This document shows positions 18,234 to 27,795 of a stretch of 64,000 nt of DNA, piece after piece. The DNA lies in contig VGRW01000008.1 of NCBI GenBank assembly GCA_016875225.1, positions 12,960 through 76,959 of the forward strand, in the 5' to 3' direction. The translations under genes and the position numbers were made by a program. This stretch comes from Deltaproteobacteria bacterium (lineage in GTDB: Bacteria > Myxococcota_A > UBA9160 > SZUA-336). Each line of letters begins with the position of its first letter. Position 1 is the first letter of the stretch. The notes beneath the pieces were generated by a model. It made no database searches. It was not told the origin of the DNA and was given only the letters and a program-made list of their open reading frames with translations.

Positions 18234-18878
18234 ATGAGGGTTTCTCTCTCGCTGCGTAGCGCGCGGATCGCATCGGGGATGGTGGCGATCTCCCTGGCTC
18301 TGGCGGCACCCGCGTCTTCCGAATCGAGCGGTCCGCAGCCGGGCTCGACGGGCGTGCCGGCGGGCGCGGGCTTCGAGGCGGAGCCGACCTGCATCTCGTG
18401 CCAGGGCGGCTTTCCGCTGAACTCCGACGGCCGCGACCGGCTCACACTCGCGGGAGTTCCTGCGCGCTACGTCCCCGGCCAGCGCTACCGGCTCGTTCTC
18501 GACCTGCGCCACCCCGACGAGGAGCGCAGACGCTGGGGCTTCCAGCTGACGGCCGTGAGCGCGACGAAGCTCACGGGCGCGGGGTCGTTCGCGGTGACCG
18601 ACGCTGCGAACACGCAGCGGATCGCGGGTACGTTCGGAGATCGCCAGTACATGAGCCACTCCTACTTCGGGACCGGCGTCGGCGACGCGGGCGGACGCAG
18701 CTGGAGCTTCGACTGGATCGCGCCCGCGCGCGAGGTCGGACGCGTCGCGTTCTACGGCGTCGGCAGCGCCGCCGATGCCGACGGCTCGAAGGAAGGCGAT
18801 CGCATCTACGGGCCCGCGCCGAGGCCGCTGGCGACGAGCGATCCGGGCTCGAGCGCGGAGAAGGAGCAACGCCGTTGA
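18234..18878 (+). CDS. secreted hypothetical protein
   Basis: Signal peptide MRVSLSLRSARIASGMVAISLALAAPASS, then EPTCISCQGG… beta-rich domain. Upstream KstR-like box at 18124. The 5' part of ORF 18018..18878 is rejected. Confidence 0.5.
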   Translation: MRVSLSLRSARIASGMVAISLALAAPASSESSGPQPGSTGVPAGAGFEAEPTCISCQGGFPLNSDGRDRLTLAGVPARYVPGQRYRLVLDLRHPDEERRRWGFQLTAVSATKLTGAGSFAVTDAANTQRIAGTFGDRQYMSHSYFGTGVGDAGGRSWSFDWIAPAREVGRVAFYGVGSAADADGSKEGDRIYGPAPRPLATSDPGSSAEKEQRR

Positions 18879-19747
18879 AGTTCTGGCAGTCCGCATCGTT
18901 CAGTGAGCCGGAGCAGCTGATCGAGATCGCGAAGCTCGCGGAGCAGGTCGGCTTCGACGGACTCCTCTTGTCCGATCATCTCTTCTTTCCCGGCAGGCTC
19001 GAATCGAAGTACCCCTACTCGCCCGACGGAGACCCGGGGTTCACGCCCGAGACGCCGTGGCCCGAGCCGTTCGCCGCGATCGCCGCGATGGCGGCGGTCA
19101 CGCGTCGGCTGCGCTTCGCGACGCTGGTCTACATCCTGCCGCTGCGAAATCCGCTCGAAGTCGCGAAGTCGACCGCCACGCTCGACCTGCTCTCCGACGG
19201 GCGCTTCGTCCTCGGCGTCGGCGCGGGCTGGATGAAGGAGGAGTTCGACCAGCTCGGCGTCGACTTCCGCACCCGCGGCGCGCGCTTCGACGAGTCGATC
19301 GACGTGCTGCGCACGCTCTGGTCCGGCGGGATGGTCGAGCACCACGGGCGCTTCTTCGACTTCGCGCGCCTGCAGATGAGCCCGAAGCCGAAGCGGAGCG
19401 TGCCGATCTACGTCGGCGGCGCGAGCGACGCGGCGCTGCGCCGCACCGCGCAGCGCGGCGACGGCTGGCTCGGCAACGGCTCCGACCCCGAAGAGGCTGC
19501 GCGGATCCTCGCCGAGCTCGCGCGGCTGCGCCGCGAGGCCGGCCGCGAGAAGCTGCCGTTCGAGGCCGTCGTGCCGCTCACCACGCCGCCCGACCCCGAC
19601 GTGCTTCGCCGGCTCGAGGACCAGGGTGCGCACGGCACGGTGAGCTACCCGTTCACGTTCGCACTCGGGCCGAATTCGACGCTCGAGCAGAAACGCAGCT
19701 ACCTCGAAGGCTTCGCTGCGAACGTGATCCGCAAGGCGCGGGGCTGA
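18875..19747 (+). CDS. LLM-class flavin/F420-dependent oxidoreductase (luciferase-like)
   Basis: …GFDGLLLSDHLFFP…LGVGAGW… TIM-barrel LLM motifs. TTG start 8 nt after AAGGAG. Confidence 0.75.
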   Translation: MKFWQSASFSEPEQLIEIAKLAEQVGFDGLLLSDHLFFPGRLESKYPYSPDGDPGFTPETPWPEPFAAIAAMAAVTRRLRFATLVYILPLRNPLEVAKSTATLDLLSDGRFVLGVGAGWMKEEFDQLGVDFRTRGARFDESIDVLRTLWSGGMVEHHGRFFDFARLQMSPKPKRSVPIYVGGASDAALRRTAQRGDGWLGNGSDPEEAARILAELARLRREAGREKLPFEAVVPLTTPPDPDVLRRLEDQGAHGTVSYPFTFALGPNSTLEQKRSYLEGFAANVIRKARG

Positions 19748-21420
19748 TGGCGGATCTCGCGGCGATCGAGGCGCGCCTCACCGGCCCGGGCGGCCCGTTC
19801 GAGATCGCGGTCGAAGACGTGCTCGGCGCGCGAATGCCGGTGTTCAAGAACCGGCTGCGCTCGCTGCGCAGTCTGCTCGAGCTCTCGTCGGCGCAGGGAG
19901 AGAAGGAGTATCTCGTCCATCGCGACCGGCGCATCTCGTACGACGAGCACCTGCGTCTGGTCGCGAAGCTGGCGGGCGTGCTGCGCGACCGCTTCGGAGT
20001 CCGGAAGGGGGATCGCGTCGCGATCCTGGCCGAGAACGGCCCCGAGTGGATCCTCTCGTTCTGGGCCGCGCAGGCGCTCGGCGCGGTCGCCGTGGGCCTG
20101 AACGGCTGGTGGGTCGGCGACGAGATCCGCTACGGCGTTCGCGACTGCGATCCGAAGCTCTTGATCGCGGATCGCCGCAGGCTCGAGCGAGTGTCCGCGT
20201 CCGAGCTCCGCGTGCCGGTGCTCGAGATCGAGAGCGACTTCGAGCGGCTCCTCGCGCGAGCCGACGACGCTCCGCTCGCCGAGGTCGAGATCTGCGAGGA
20301 CGATCCCGCGGCGATCCTCTACACGAGCGGAACCACCGGCCGGCCGAAGGGCGCGACGAACACGCAGCGCAACATCCTCGCGCTGCTCGGCCTGCAGTTC
20401 TTCCACGGCGCGCGGATGATGCTGGCCGCGGCCGCCGACGGGCGGGCTCCCACCGGTCCCGCACGGCCGCCCTGCGCGCTCGTGACGACGCCGCTCTTCC
20501 ACGTCTCGGGTCTGTACACCGGCGCGATCGTGATGCTCGCCAGCGGCGCGAAGACGGTCTGGCGCTCGGGACGCTTCGATCCCGTGGACGTGATGCGACT
20601 GATCGAGCGCGAGCGGGTCACGTCCTGGGGGCCGATGGGAACGATGGTCCATCGCGTCGTCCATCATCCGGACGTCGCCAAGTACGATCTCTCGAGCGTC
20701 GCGAGCATCGGCTCCGGCGGCGCGCCGATGAGCCCGGAGCTGCAGCAGAAGATCCGAGCCGTGTTTCCGACCGCGCAGGCGAGCCTCGGGCTCGGCTACG
20801 GCCTGACGGAATGCACGGCGCTGGCGACGCTCGCGTTCGGCGAGGAGCTCGCGCGCCACCCGACCACGGCGGGACGACCCTTGCCGACCGTGCAGCTCGA
20901 GATCCGCGGCGCCGACGGGCGCGCGCTCGCCGAGGGCGAGACCGGCGAGATCTGCGTGCGAAGCCCGCTCGTGATGGCCGGATACTGGCGCAACCCGCAG
21001 GCCAGCGCGGAATCGATCGCGGCGGACCGCTGGCTTCGCACCGGCGACGTCGGGCGGATCGAGCAGGGCCGGCTCTACGTCGATTCGCGCGCGCGCGACC
21101 TGATCCTGCGCGGAGCCGAGAACATCTACCCGGTCGAGATCGAGCAGCGTCTCGAAGCGCACCCCGACGTGCTCGAGGCGGCGGTGGTCGGCGTCGACCA
21201 CGAGGAGCTCGGCCAGGAAGTGAAGGCGATCGTCGTGCCCCGTCCGGGCGCCCGGGTGAGCGCGGCGCAGCTCGCGGCCTGGGTGGCCGAGGCGCTGGCG
21301 GCCTTCAAGGTCCCCGCGCACTGGCAGCTGCGCGCGGAGCCGCTGCCGCGAAACGCGACCGGAAAGGTGCTGAAGAACGTCCTCGTCGGAGCAGCCGGAA
21401 ACGCCTTCGTCGCCGAGTAG
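19747..21420 (+). CDS. acyl-CoA synthetase (AMP-dependent ligase, FadD-like)
   Basis: AMP-binding motif YTSGTTGRPKGA. C-terminal …GKVLK. Start ATG overlaps the upstream TGA. Confidence 0.85.
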   Translation: MADLAAIEARLTGPGGPFEIAVEDVLGARMPVFKNRLRSLRSLLELSSAQGEKEYLVHRDRRISYDEHLRLVAKLAGVLRDRFGVRKGDRVAILAENGPEWILSFWAAQALGAVAVGLNGWWVGDEIRYGVRDCDPKLLIADRRRLERVSASELRVPVLEIESDFERLLARADDAPLAEVEICEDDPAAILYTSGTTGRPKGATNTQRNILALLGLQFFHGARMMLAAAADGRAPTGPARPPCALVTTPLFHVSGLYTGAIVMLASGAKTVWRSGRFDPVDVMRLIERERVTSWGPMGTMVHRVVHHPDVAKYDLSSVASIGSGGAPMSPELQQKIRAVFPTAQASLGLGYGLTECTALATLAFGEELARHPTTAGRPLPTVQLEIRGADGRALAEGETGEICVRSPLVMAGYWRNPQASAESIAADRWLRTGDVGRIEQGRLYVDSRARDLILRGAENIYPVEIEQRLEAHPDVLEAAVVGVDHEELGQEVKAIVVPRPGARVSAAQLAAWVAEALAAFKVPAHWQLRAEPLPRNATGKVLKNVLVGAAGNAFVAE

Positions 21421-21468
21421 TACACTCGAGGTCGTCTGGCCGAAGCGAGACACCGGGAGGACGACGAG

Positions 21469-22626
21469 ATGGCGAAGCTCGAGATCCAGGGCCGTTGTGA
21501 CCCGCGCTTCAAGCGCGTGCGCGAGCTCTTCGAGGCGGGGTTCGAGAGCGGCGCCGAGCTCGGCGCCGGTCTGAACGTCGTCGTCGACGGGCGCGAGCTG
21601 ATCGACCTCTGGGGCGGATTCGCGGACCGGGAGCGAACGCGTCCCTGGCGACGGGACACGCTCGCGAACGTGTACTCGACGACGAAGGGCATCACCGCGA
21701 TCGCGGCGCACCAGCTCGTCGAGCGCGGCGAGCTGGAGCTCGACGCGCCGGTCGCGCGCTACTGGCCCGAGTTCGCGCAGAAGGGCAAGGCCTCGATTCC
21801 GGTGCGCATGCTCTTGAACCATCGGGCCGGACTCGCGGCCGTGACCCGGCCGCTCGCGCCCGCGGATCTCTTCGACTGGGCGACCATGACGCGCGCGCTC
21901 GAAGAGCAGGAGCCGTGGTGGAAGCCGGGAGCCGACCACGGCTATCACGCGCTCACCTACGGCTGGCTCGTCGGCGAGCTGATCCGGCGCGTGAGCGGCA
22001 TGAGCGTCGGGCGCTACGTGCGCGAGCACGTCGCCGCGCCGCTCGGCGCGGAGTTCTGGATCGGGCTTCCCGAAGAGCTCGACGCGCGCACCGCGGAGCT
22101 GCACCAGGGTCCGATCTCGACCGACGGGCCGAACCTGATGCAGCGGATGGCGGCCGAGCCGAACGGCGTGCTCGCGAAGGCCTTCGGCAATCCGCCGCTC
22201 CTGCTGATGAGCCCGAACACCCGAGCCTGGCGTGCGGCGGAGCTGCCCGCCGCGAACGGACACACGACCGCTCCGGCGCTCGCGCGCATCTACGCCGCGC
22301 TCGCCAGCGGAGGCGAGCTCGACGGCGTGCGCATTCTTCGGCGCGACACGATCGAGCGCGCTCGCGAAGAGGAGTCGTACGGCCCGGACCGCGTGCTCGC
22401 GCTCGTCTCCCGCTTCGGTCTCGGCTTCATGCTTCCGCCGGAAAACGAGCCGCTCGGTCCCAACCCGCGCACGTTCGGGCACGGCGGGGCGGGCGGATCG
22501 CTCGGCCTCGCGGATCCGGAGACGAAGGTCGGCTTCGGCTACGTGATGAACCTGATGCACACCGGCGCCTGGCTCGCGGACCCGCGGCCGCGCGCCCTGC
22601 TCGACGCGCTCTACGAAGGGCTCTGA
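21469..22626 (+). CDS. serine hydrolase, beta-lactamase/esterase (class C-like) family
   Basis: SxxK motif YSTTKG, …YHALTYGWLV…, C-terminal HGGAGGS (KTG-box variant). Confidence 0.8.
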   Translation: MAKLEIQGRCDPRFKRVRELFEAGFESGAELGAGLNVVVDGRELIDLWGGFADRERTRPWRRDTLANVYSTTKGITAIAAHQLVERGELELDAPVARYWPEFAQKGKASIPVRMLLNHRAGLAAVTRPLAPADLFDWATMTRALEEQEPWWKPGADHGYHALTYGWLVGELIRRVSGMSVGRYVREHVAAPLGAEFWIGLPEELDARTAELHQGPISTDGPNLMQRMAAEPNGVLAKAFGNPPLLLMSPNTRAWRAAELPAANGHTTAPALARIYAALASGGELDGVRILRRDTIERAREEESYGPDRVLALVSRFGLGFMLPPENEPLGPNPRTFGHGGAGGSLGLADPETKVGFGYVMNLMHTGAWLADPRPRALLDALYEGL

Positions 22627-23414
22627 CCCGCTCGCGGCACTCCAATCAGGTAGCTCGCGTGGATCGGCGGCCCCGCGAGGCGGATCCGTCCGATCTCCCA
22701 GGTGTACGCATCTCGGTGTCGCGGCTCGAGCGCGTCGACCAGCGCCTGCAGCTCGCGCTCCGAGTAGATCCGCAGCCACGAGACGATCCCGTCCCAGAGC
22801 ACGAAGAGCGGCACGATCGGCACGAGATACGTGAGCGGCAGCCACGAGCAGCGGAACGGGCGCAGGAAGGGGAGTGAGAGCGCGACCGAGAGCGGCGCGA
22901 GCAGGAGTCCGAGCAGCGCGAGCGGCTCGCGCCCGATCACCTCGAAGCTCGCGATCGCGCGGCCCGAAGCGGCGGCGTCGGCGAGGATCCGGCGCGCGGT
23001 CTCGGGCCGGAAGTGGTGCAGGGCGTTGAACAGCGTCCGGACGCCCGCGAGCTCGCGGGGAACGCGCGTCGCGTCGACGGGCTCGCGATGCCAGTCGATC
23101 CGCCCGGACGAGCGCGCGCAGACGCGCGAGAGCGCGCCCTCGTTCGGGTAGGCGTCGGTGAGCAGCGCACTCACGTCGACGCTCCGGTCCGCGAGCGAGG
23201 CCACGATCTCCGCGATCGGGCCCGCGCCGCCGGAGCAGAGATCGACGATCCGCGTCTCGCCGGCCGCCGCGAGCGTCGCTTCGAGCTTCGGCGCGAGCGC
23301 CGCCCCGTGTCCGGCGACGCGCGAGGCGAACGCGAGGTACGCCGTGCCGGCGTCGCGAAGCACGTTCGGGAACCACGGTTGGTCCTCGAGCTCGAACAGA
23401 TGCAAGCGGTTCAT
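22611..23414 (-). CDS. class I SAM-dependent methyltransferase-like protein
   Basis: Rossmann glycine-rich motif VDLCSGGAG. Start chosen at MNRLHLFELED because the longer ORF (to 23492) would overlap the divergent MerR gene. Confidence 0.55.
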   Translation of the reverse strand: MNRLHLFELEDQPWFPNVLRDAGTAYLAFASRVAGHGAALAPKLEATLAAAGETRIVDLCSGGAGPIAEIVASLADRSVDVSALLTDAYPNEGALSRVCARSSGRIDWHREPVDATRVPRELAGVRTLFNALHHFRPETARRILADAAASGRAIASFEVIGREPLALLGLLLAPLSVALSLPFLRPFRCSWLPLTYLVPIVPLFVLWDGIVSWLRIYSERELQALVDALEPRHRDAYTWEIGRIRLAGPPIHASYLIGVPRAGQSPS

Positions 23415-23442
23415 CGCGCGCGCTCTTGTACCATGGGACCGG

Positions 23443-23907
23443 ATGAGCCAGTGGATCCCGATCGGTCGCTTCGCCCAGGTCTCGGGCTTCACGATCCGAG
23501 CGCTTCGCCACTACGAGAGCCTCGGGCTGCTCGTGCCCGCGCGCGTCGATCCCGGCAGCGGCTACCGCTTCTATCGGCCCGAGCAGCTTCCCGACGCGCT
23601 GCGCGTGCGGCTGCTGCGCGCGCTCGAGATGCCGCTGCCCGACGTCGTGGCGGTGATGCGCGATCCGGACGGCCCGGCCGCACTCGAGGCGCTTCGCGCG
23701 CACCGAGTGCGCGTCGCCTCGCGGCTCGGCGAACTCGAGCAGCAGCTCGCGCGACTCGACGAGTGGCTGCACGGCGCGCTGCAGGAGCTCGACGCCGATC
23801 AGCCCGCGCTCGACGAGGGCACCGCCGCGCCGGCCGAGGACGACCGACCCGCGGAGCCGCTGGAGCGCGCCTTCCTGGGGCTCTTCGGTCCGCCCGGAAA
23901 ACCCTGA
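23443..23907 (+). CDS. MerR-family transcriptional regulator
   Basis: N-terminal MerR HTH (IGRFAQVSGFTIRALRHYESLGLLVPARVDPGSGYRFY) plus a coiled-coil dimerisation segment. Confidence 0.75.
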   Translation: MSQWIPIGRFAQVSGFTIRALRHYESLGLLVPARVDPGSGYRFYRPEQLPDALRVRLLRALEMPLPDVVAVMRDPDGPAALEALRAHRVRVASRLGELEQQLARLDEWLHGALQELDADQPALDEGTAAPAEDDRPAEPLERAFLGLFGPPGKP

Positions 23908-24099
23908 CGACGGCACACAGCCGCGAGCGCCCGTTTTCGATTCCTGTTCGCGGGAAATTCCCGGTGGAAAAAAACCACGATTGTGATCCAGGGTACGGCT
24001 CCGGATCCGACCCGATGCAAACGTCGCCCCCGTAGGGCGGCACGCCCCTGAGATCAGCGGCTCGTCGCGATCAGGTCTGCATCGCTTGGGGGATTCATC

Positions 24100-25077
24100 G
24101 TGTCGTTCTCGGTTCTGCGCCCTCTGATCCATCTACTCGTCTTCATGGCGCTCGCCGGCTCGGCTGCCGCGCAAGACGTGACGCTTCGTTGGTACCCCGC
24201 GGCGGGCAGCGCGGTCGCCGGCTACAAGGCGTACATCGCTCGCTCGGGGCCGGGGCCGCTGGTGGCCGCGGCCATCGACTTGGGGCGCCCGGCGGCCGGC
24301 TCCGACGGCGTCGTGAGCGTGCGCCTGCGCGGCGTGGATCGCACCGCGCCGTTGCTCTCGATCGAGATGACGTCCTACGACTCGCTCGGGCGCGAATCCG
24401 CGCGCTCCAATCGGGTGCTTCTCACGGGCGATCGCGAGACGGTCTCGGAGCCGGGCTGGTCCGCGGACTTCGAGGACTCTGCCGACGAGAGCCGCTACCC
24501 GGGGTTTCTCGATTACCGCGGCGCCTTCGCGATTCGCGGACTCTCGGACGGGAACCTCGTGGTCGGCTCGCCGGTTCCCGCAAACGATGGCCTGAGCGTC
24601 TCTCGCTTCGTCGGGGCCCAGAGCTCGGGCTGGGCGCCGTACGAGCTCGAGGGGCGGATCATGGTGCTCCTCGGATCGACGGCCTCGGGCGTCGCCTTGC
24701 GCGCGAGCGCCTACCTGAACGCGGGGTTCCTGCTCGGTGGAGACGGCGCTGGCGAGTTCGCGCTGGACCAGCTCGGAAAGCCCGAACTCACCTGCGCGGG
24801 CTCTCCGTCGACGGGGGTGCGGATCTCGCGCGGCCGTTGGTATCGCTTTCGGCTACGCCACACGGCGCCGGGCGGTGTCGCGCGGCTTCGCGCGAAGATC
24901 TGGCGTCCGGCCGAGATCGAGCCGAGTCGGTGGCAGGCCGACTGCTGGACGGACGTGCCGGCGGCGAGCGACACCGGAGCGTTCGCGCTGTACCAGGCCG
25001 GCTCGGGCATCACCTATTGGGACGACCTCGTCGTGAGGACCGTGACGGGCACGTACAGTCAGCCCCCGTCCCTCTGA
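24100..25077 (+). CDS. secreted hypothetical protein
   Basis: GTG start 6 nt after GGGGGA. Signal peptide LIHLLVFMALAGSAAAQ. No recognisable catalytic motif. Confidence 0.5.
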   Translation: MSFSVLRPLIHLLVFMALAGSAAAQDVTLRWYPAAGSAVAGYKAYIARSGPGPLVAAAIDLGRPAAGSDGVVSVRLRGVDRTAPLLSIEMTSYDSLGRESARSNRVLLTGDRETVSEPGWSADFEDSADESRYPGFLDYRGAFAIRGLSDGNLVVGSPVPANDGLSVSRFVGAQSSGWAPYELEGRIMVLLGSTASGVALRASAYLNAGFLLGGDGAGEFALDQLGKPELTCAGSPSTGVRISRGRWYRFRLRHTAPGGVARLRAKIWRPAEIEPSRWQADCWTDVPAASDTGAFALYQAGSGITYWDDLVVRTVTGTYSQPPSL

Positions 25078-25171
25078 TTCCCCGACTGCGGACACCCGAC
25101 ACTTCGGGGTGTCACGGCGGCGGGAGTCTCGAATGGCTATCCTCGGGATTCATCCTGCTGGAGCCTTGCCG

Positions 25172-25954
25172 ATGCCCTTCGCGAGCGTGAACCGCCACGA
25201 CCTCTATTTCGAGGACTCCGGGGGAAACCGGCCTGCCGTGATCTTCAGCCACGGGTTCCTGCTCGATCACTCGATGTGGGGCGCGCAGGTCGAGGCCTTC
25301 TCGGGCCAGCTCCGCTGCATCACCTGGGATCAGCGCGGCCACGGCATGAGCGACTGCCTCGGGCCCTTCGACTACTACGACTCCGCGGCCGACGCGATCG
25401 GGATCCTCGACCACCTCGGAATCGAGAAGGCGGCCTTCGTGGGGATGTCGCAGGGGGGATTCCTGTCGCTGCGGGCGGCCTCGAAGTTCGCGCCGCGCGT
25501 GAAGTCGCTCGTGCTGATCGGCACGGTCGCCGCGCTGCCGGACGACGAGGTCCAGGATGCGCAGCGCGAGATCGCCGACAGCTGGCTCGCGCAGGGCCCG
25601 GTGGGCGAGATCGCCACCCGGATGGCGACGATGATCTTCGGGCCCAAGTACAAGGCGGAGCCCTGGATCGGCAAGTGGCAGGCGAAGCTGCCCTGCGAGT
25701 TCGCCCATCCCTGGGAGGCGATGCTCGCGCGCGACGACTTCACTCCCTTCCTCGCGGACGTCCGCTGCCCGTCGTTGCTCGTCCACGGCAGCAAGGACGC
25801 GGCCTTCGCTCTCGACGCGGCCAAGGCGATGCGAGACGGCCTTCCGGACTGCAAGGGACTCGTCGTCGTGCGCGGTGCGGAACATGCCGCGAACCTCACC
25901 CACGCGAAGGCGGTGAACGAGGCGCTGCAGGAGTTCCTGCGCAAGTACGCCTGA
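25172..25954 (+). CDS. alpha/beta-fold hydrolase
   Basis: HGFLLD oxyanion region, nucleophile elbow GMSQGG, C-terminal His region. Start at MPFASVN. Confidence 0.8.
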   Translation: MPFASVNRHDLYFEDSGGNRPAVIFSHGFLLDHSMWGAQVEAFSGQLRCITWDQRGHGMSDCLGPFDYYDSAADAIGILDHLGIEKAAFVGMSQGGFLSLRAASKFAPRVKSLVLIGTVAALPDDEVQDAQREIADSWLAQGPVGEIATRMATMIFGPKYKAEPWIGKWQAKLPCEFAHPWEAMLARDDFTPFLADVRCPSLLVHGSKDAAFALDAAKAMRDGLPDCKGLVVVRGAEHAANLTHAKAVNEALQEFLRKYA

Positions 25955-26028
25955 GCCCTCGCAACCGGGCGCGTGGCCCGCGGTTGCACCATCGGGACGG
26001 GATCGAGCCCGTTCCGATGACGACGAGG

Positions 26029-26355
26029 AGCAAGGCCATGAGGCTCGACCGAAGTCCGTTGGCGTTCGTGGCGATCGTCGGAGTTCTGCTGATCGCAGGA
26101 CCCGCGCTCGCAGACGACGTCCCTTCCCCGAAGCGGGATCGCGCGCAGCGCCAGGAGTTCTGCAAGCAGAATCCGCAGAAGTGCGAGGAGCAGCGCGCGC
26201 GGATGAAGCAGCGCCGGGACGAGTTCAGGGCGAAGTGCGAAGCCGATCCCGCCTGGTGCGAGCAGAAGAAGAAGAAGAAGAAGCGCCGCGAGCGCTTCCA
26301 CGAGCGGCACGGAACGGGGCCGGCTAGCGAAGGGGCGCCGCAACCTCCCGAATGA
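26029..26355 (+). CDS. small secreted Lys/Arg-rich protein with repeated Cys motifs
   Basis: Signal peptide LAFVAIVGVLLIAGPALA. Two CxxxP(x)xCE-like motifs (CKQNPQKCEE / CEADPAWCEQ). K6 run encoded by (AAG)6. 3' end overlaps the convergent LLM gene by about 30 nt, so the exact extent is uncertain. Confidence 0.4.
   Translation, partial: SKAMRLDRSPLAFVAIVGVLLIAGPALADDVPSPKRDRAQRQEFCKQNPQKCEEQRARMKQRRDEFRAKCEADPAWCEQKKKKKKRRERFHERHGTGPASEGAPQPPE
26266..26283 (+). repeat. (AAG)6 trinucleotide tract
   Basis: Six perfect AAG units in a genome of about 70% GC. In frame, encoding K6 in the small secreted protein. Confidence 0.7.
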
Positions 26356-27226
26356 ACCGGTCCAGCGTCGCGAGCTTCCGATCGCGAGGGCCGAGCGTGA
26401 AGTCGGGCACGATCAGCTCGTCCACGCCGGCCTCGCGATACTCGCGGACGATGTCTCGCACCTCGTCGACGTTGCCGATGATCGAGGGCCGGTCGATCGG
26501 CCGGCTGCGCAGCTTCTCGGCGAGATCGCGGTCGTCGGTCAGGAACAGCAGAGCCACCGCGGAGCGCTGGATCGCGCGCGTCGGCCGGCCGAGCTCGGCG
26601 CAGTAGCCGTCCAGGATCGCCATCTTGTGGCGCAGTCTCGCCACGTCGCCCCAGACGTTCCACTCGTCGGCGAAGCGCGCCGCGATCCGCAGCGTGACCT
26701 TCTCGCCGCCGCCTCCGATCAAGAGCGGCAGCGGTCTCTGCACCGGCTTCGGCTCCAGAACCGCGTTCGACAGCGCGTAGTGCGCGCCGCGAAACGTCGT
26801 CGTCTCGTTGGCGAAGAGCGACTTGATCAGCTCGCACGCCTCCGCCAGTCGCTCGAGCCGCTGCTTCACGGTGTAGAACGGAATTCCGTACTGGCGGTGC
26901 TCGTTCTCCTGCCAGCCTGCACCCAGGCCGAGCACGAAGCGCCCGCCGCAGATCTGATCCAGCGTCGCGGCCATCTTCGCGAGCACGGCCGGATGGCGGT
27001 AGGTGTTTCCGGTCACGAGCGGGCCGAGTCGGAGCCGCGGCACCGAGACGGCGAGCGCGGCCAGCGTCGTCCAGCACTCCGGCCAGGGAACCCGCGTGTT
27101 CGCACCATCGGGCATGAAGTGGTCGGCGCAGTAGATCCCGTCCCAGCCGGTCGACTCCGCATGCCGCGCGATCTCGAGCACGTCGGCGAAGCTCTGCATC
27201 GGCGCGGGCCAGACGCTGAAGCGCAA
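26324..27226 (-). CDS. LLM-class F420/flavin-dependent oxidoreductase
   Basis: …GWDGIYCADHF…LGLGAGW… luciferase-like monooxygenase motifs. 300 aa. Confidence 0.8.
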   Translation of the reverse strand: MRFSVWPAPMQSFADVLEIARHAESTGWDGIYCADHFMPDGANTRVPWPECWTTLAALAVSVPRLRLGPLVTGNTYRHPAVLAKMAATLDQICGGRFVLGLGAGWQENEHRQYGIPFYTVKQRLERLAEACELIKSLFANETTTFRGAHYALSNAVLEPKPVQRPLPLLIGGGGEKVTLRIAARFADEWNVWGDVARLRHKMAILDGYCAELGRPTRAIQRSAVALLFLTDDRDLAEKLRSRPIDRPSIIGNVDEVRDIVREYREAGVDELIVPDFTLGPRDRKLATLDRFIREVAAPLR

Positions 27227-27237
27227 TGGATCCTCCC

Positions 27238-27783
27238 TCAGGTTCCCGGAAACTTCGCGTGGTGCGCCCCGACCAGGAACACCGCGAGCCGCGCGGGCAC
27301 GTGGCCGCGGTTGTGCCAGGCGTGGCGGGTGCCGTTCTGCACCACGCAGTCACCGGCGCGCAGATGTGCGACCACGCCGTCGTCGAGCTCGAGCCAGACC
27401 TCGCCCTCGAGGACCACTTCGAAGTCGATCGTCGCGGTGGTGTGCATCCCCGGCGCATCCGCCTCCATGTGGCTCGCAAGCCCCGGCAGCGCGGCCTCGA
27501 GCTCCTTCACCGCGGCGGGCAGGTCGGCCACCGCGGGCCGTGTGTGCGAATCGGGCGGGATCGTGAACATTCCGAAGCGGAAGCCGCCGACGGGCGGGAA
27601 GTAGGGATTCTGCTCCGGCGGCGAGCCGTCGTCGGGAAAGGACGGCGCGCGGTTCGCGCCCCAGAGCCGGTGGAACTCCGAGCCGGGCAAAAGCCCCGGT
27701 GTGATTCCCTCGACCTGTGAGTCCGAGGCAATCACGGCTTTGCCCGAGCGATCGTGACCGGTGACGACGCGGCGGATCTTCAT
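27238..27783 (-). CDS. cupin-domain protein
   Basis: Cupin motifs near the C-terminus (…GMHTTATIDFEVVLEGEVWLE…HLRAGDCVVQNGTRHAWHN). Start at MKIRRVV with GGAGG 6 nt upstream. The longer ORF to 28089 is rejected. Confidence 0.6.
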   Translation of the reverse strand: MKIRRVVTGHDRSGKAVIASDSQVEGITPGLLPGSEFHRLWGANRAPSFPDDGSPPEQNPYFPPVGGFRFGMFTIPPDSHTRPAVADLPAAVKELEAALPGLASHMEADAPGMHTTATIDFEVVLEGEVWLELDDGVVAHLRAGDCVVQNGTRHAWHNRGHVPARLAVFLVGAHHAKFPGT

Positions 27784-27795
27784 CTTCCACCTCCT

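Noticed and set aside
19699-24132. 1477-aa ORF on the minus strand
   Set aside because: Arg-rich nonsense with no motifs. Antisense to four well-supported plus-strand genes (acyl-CoA synthetase, beta-lactamase-like, MerR).
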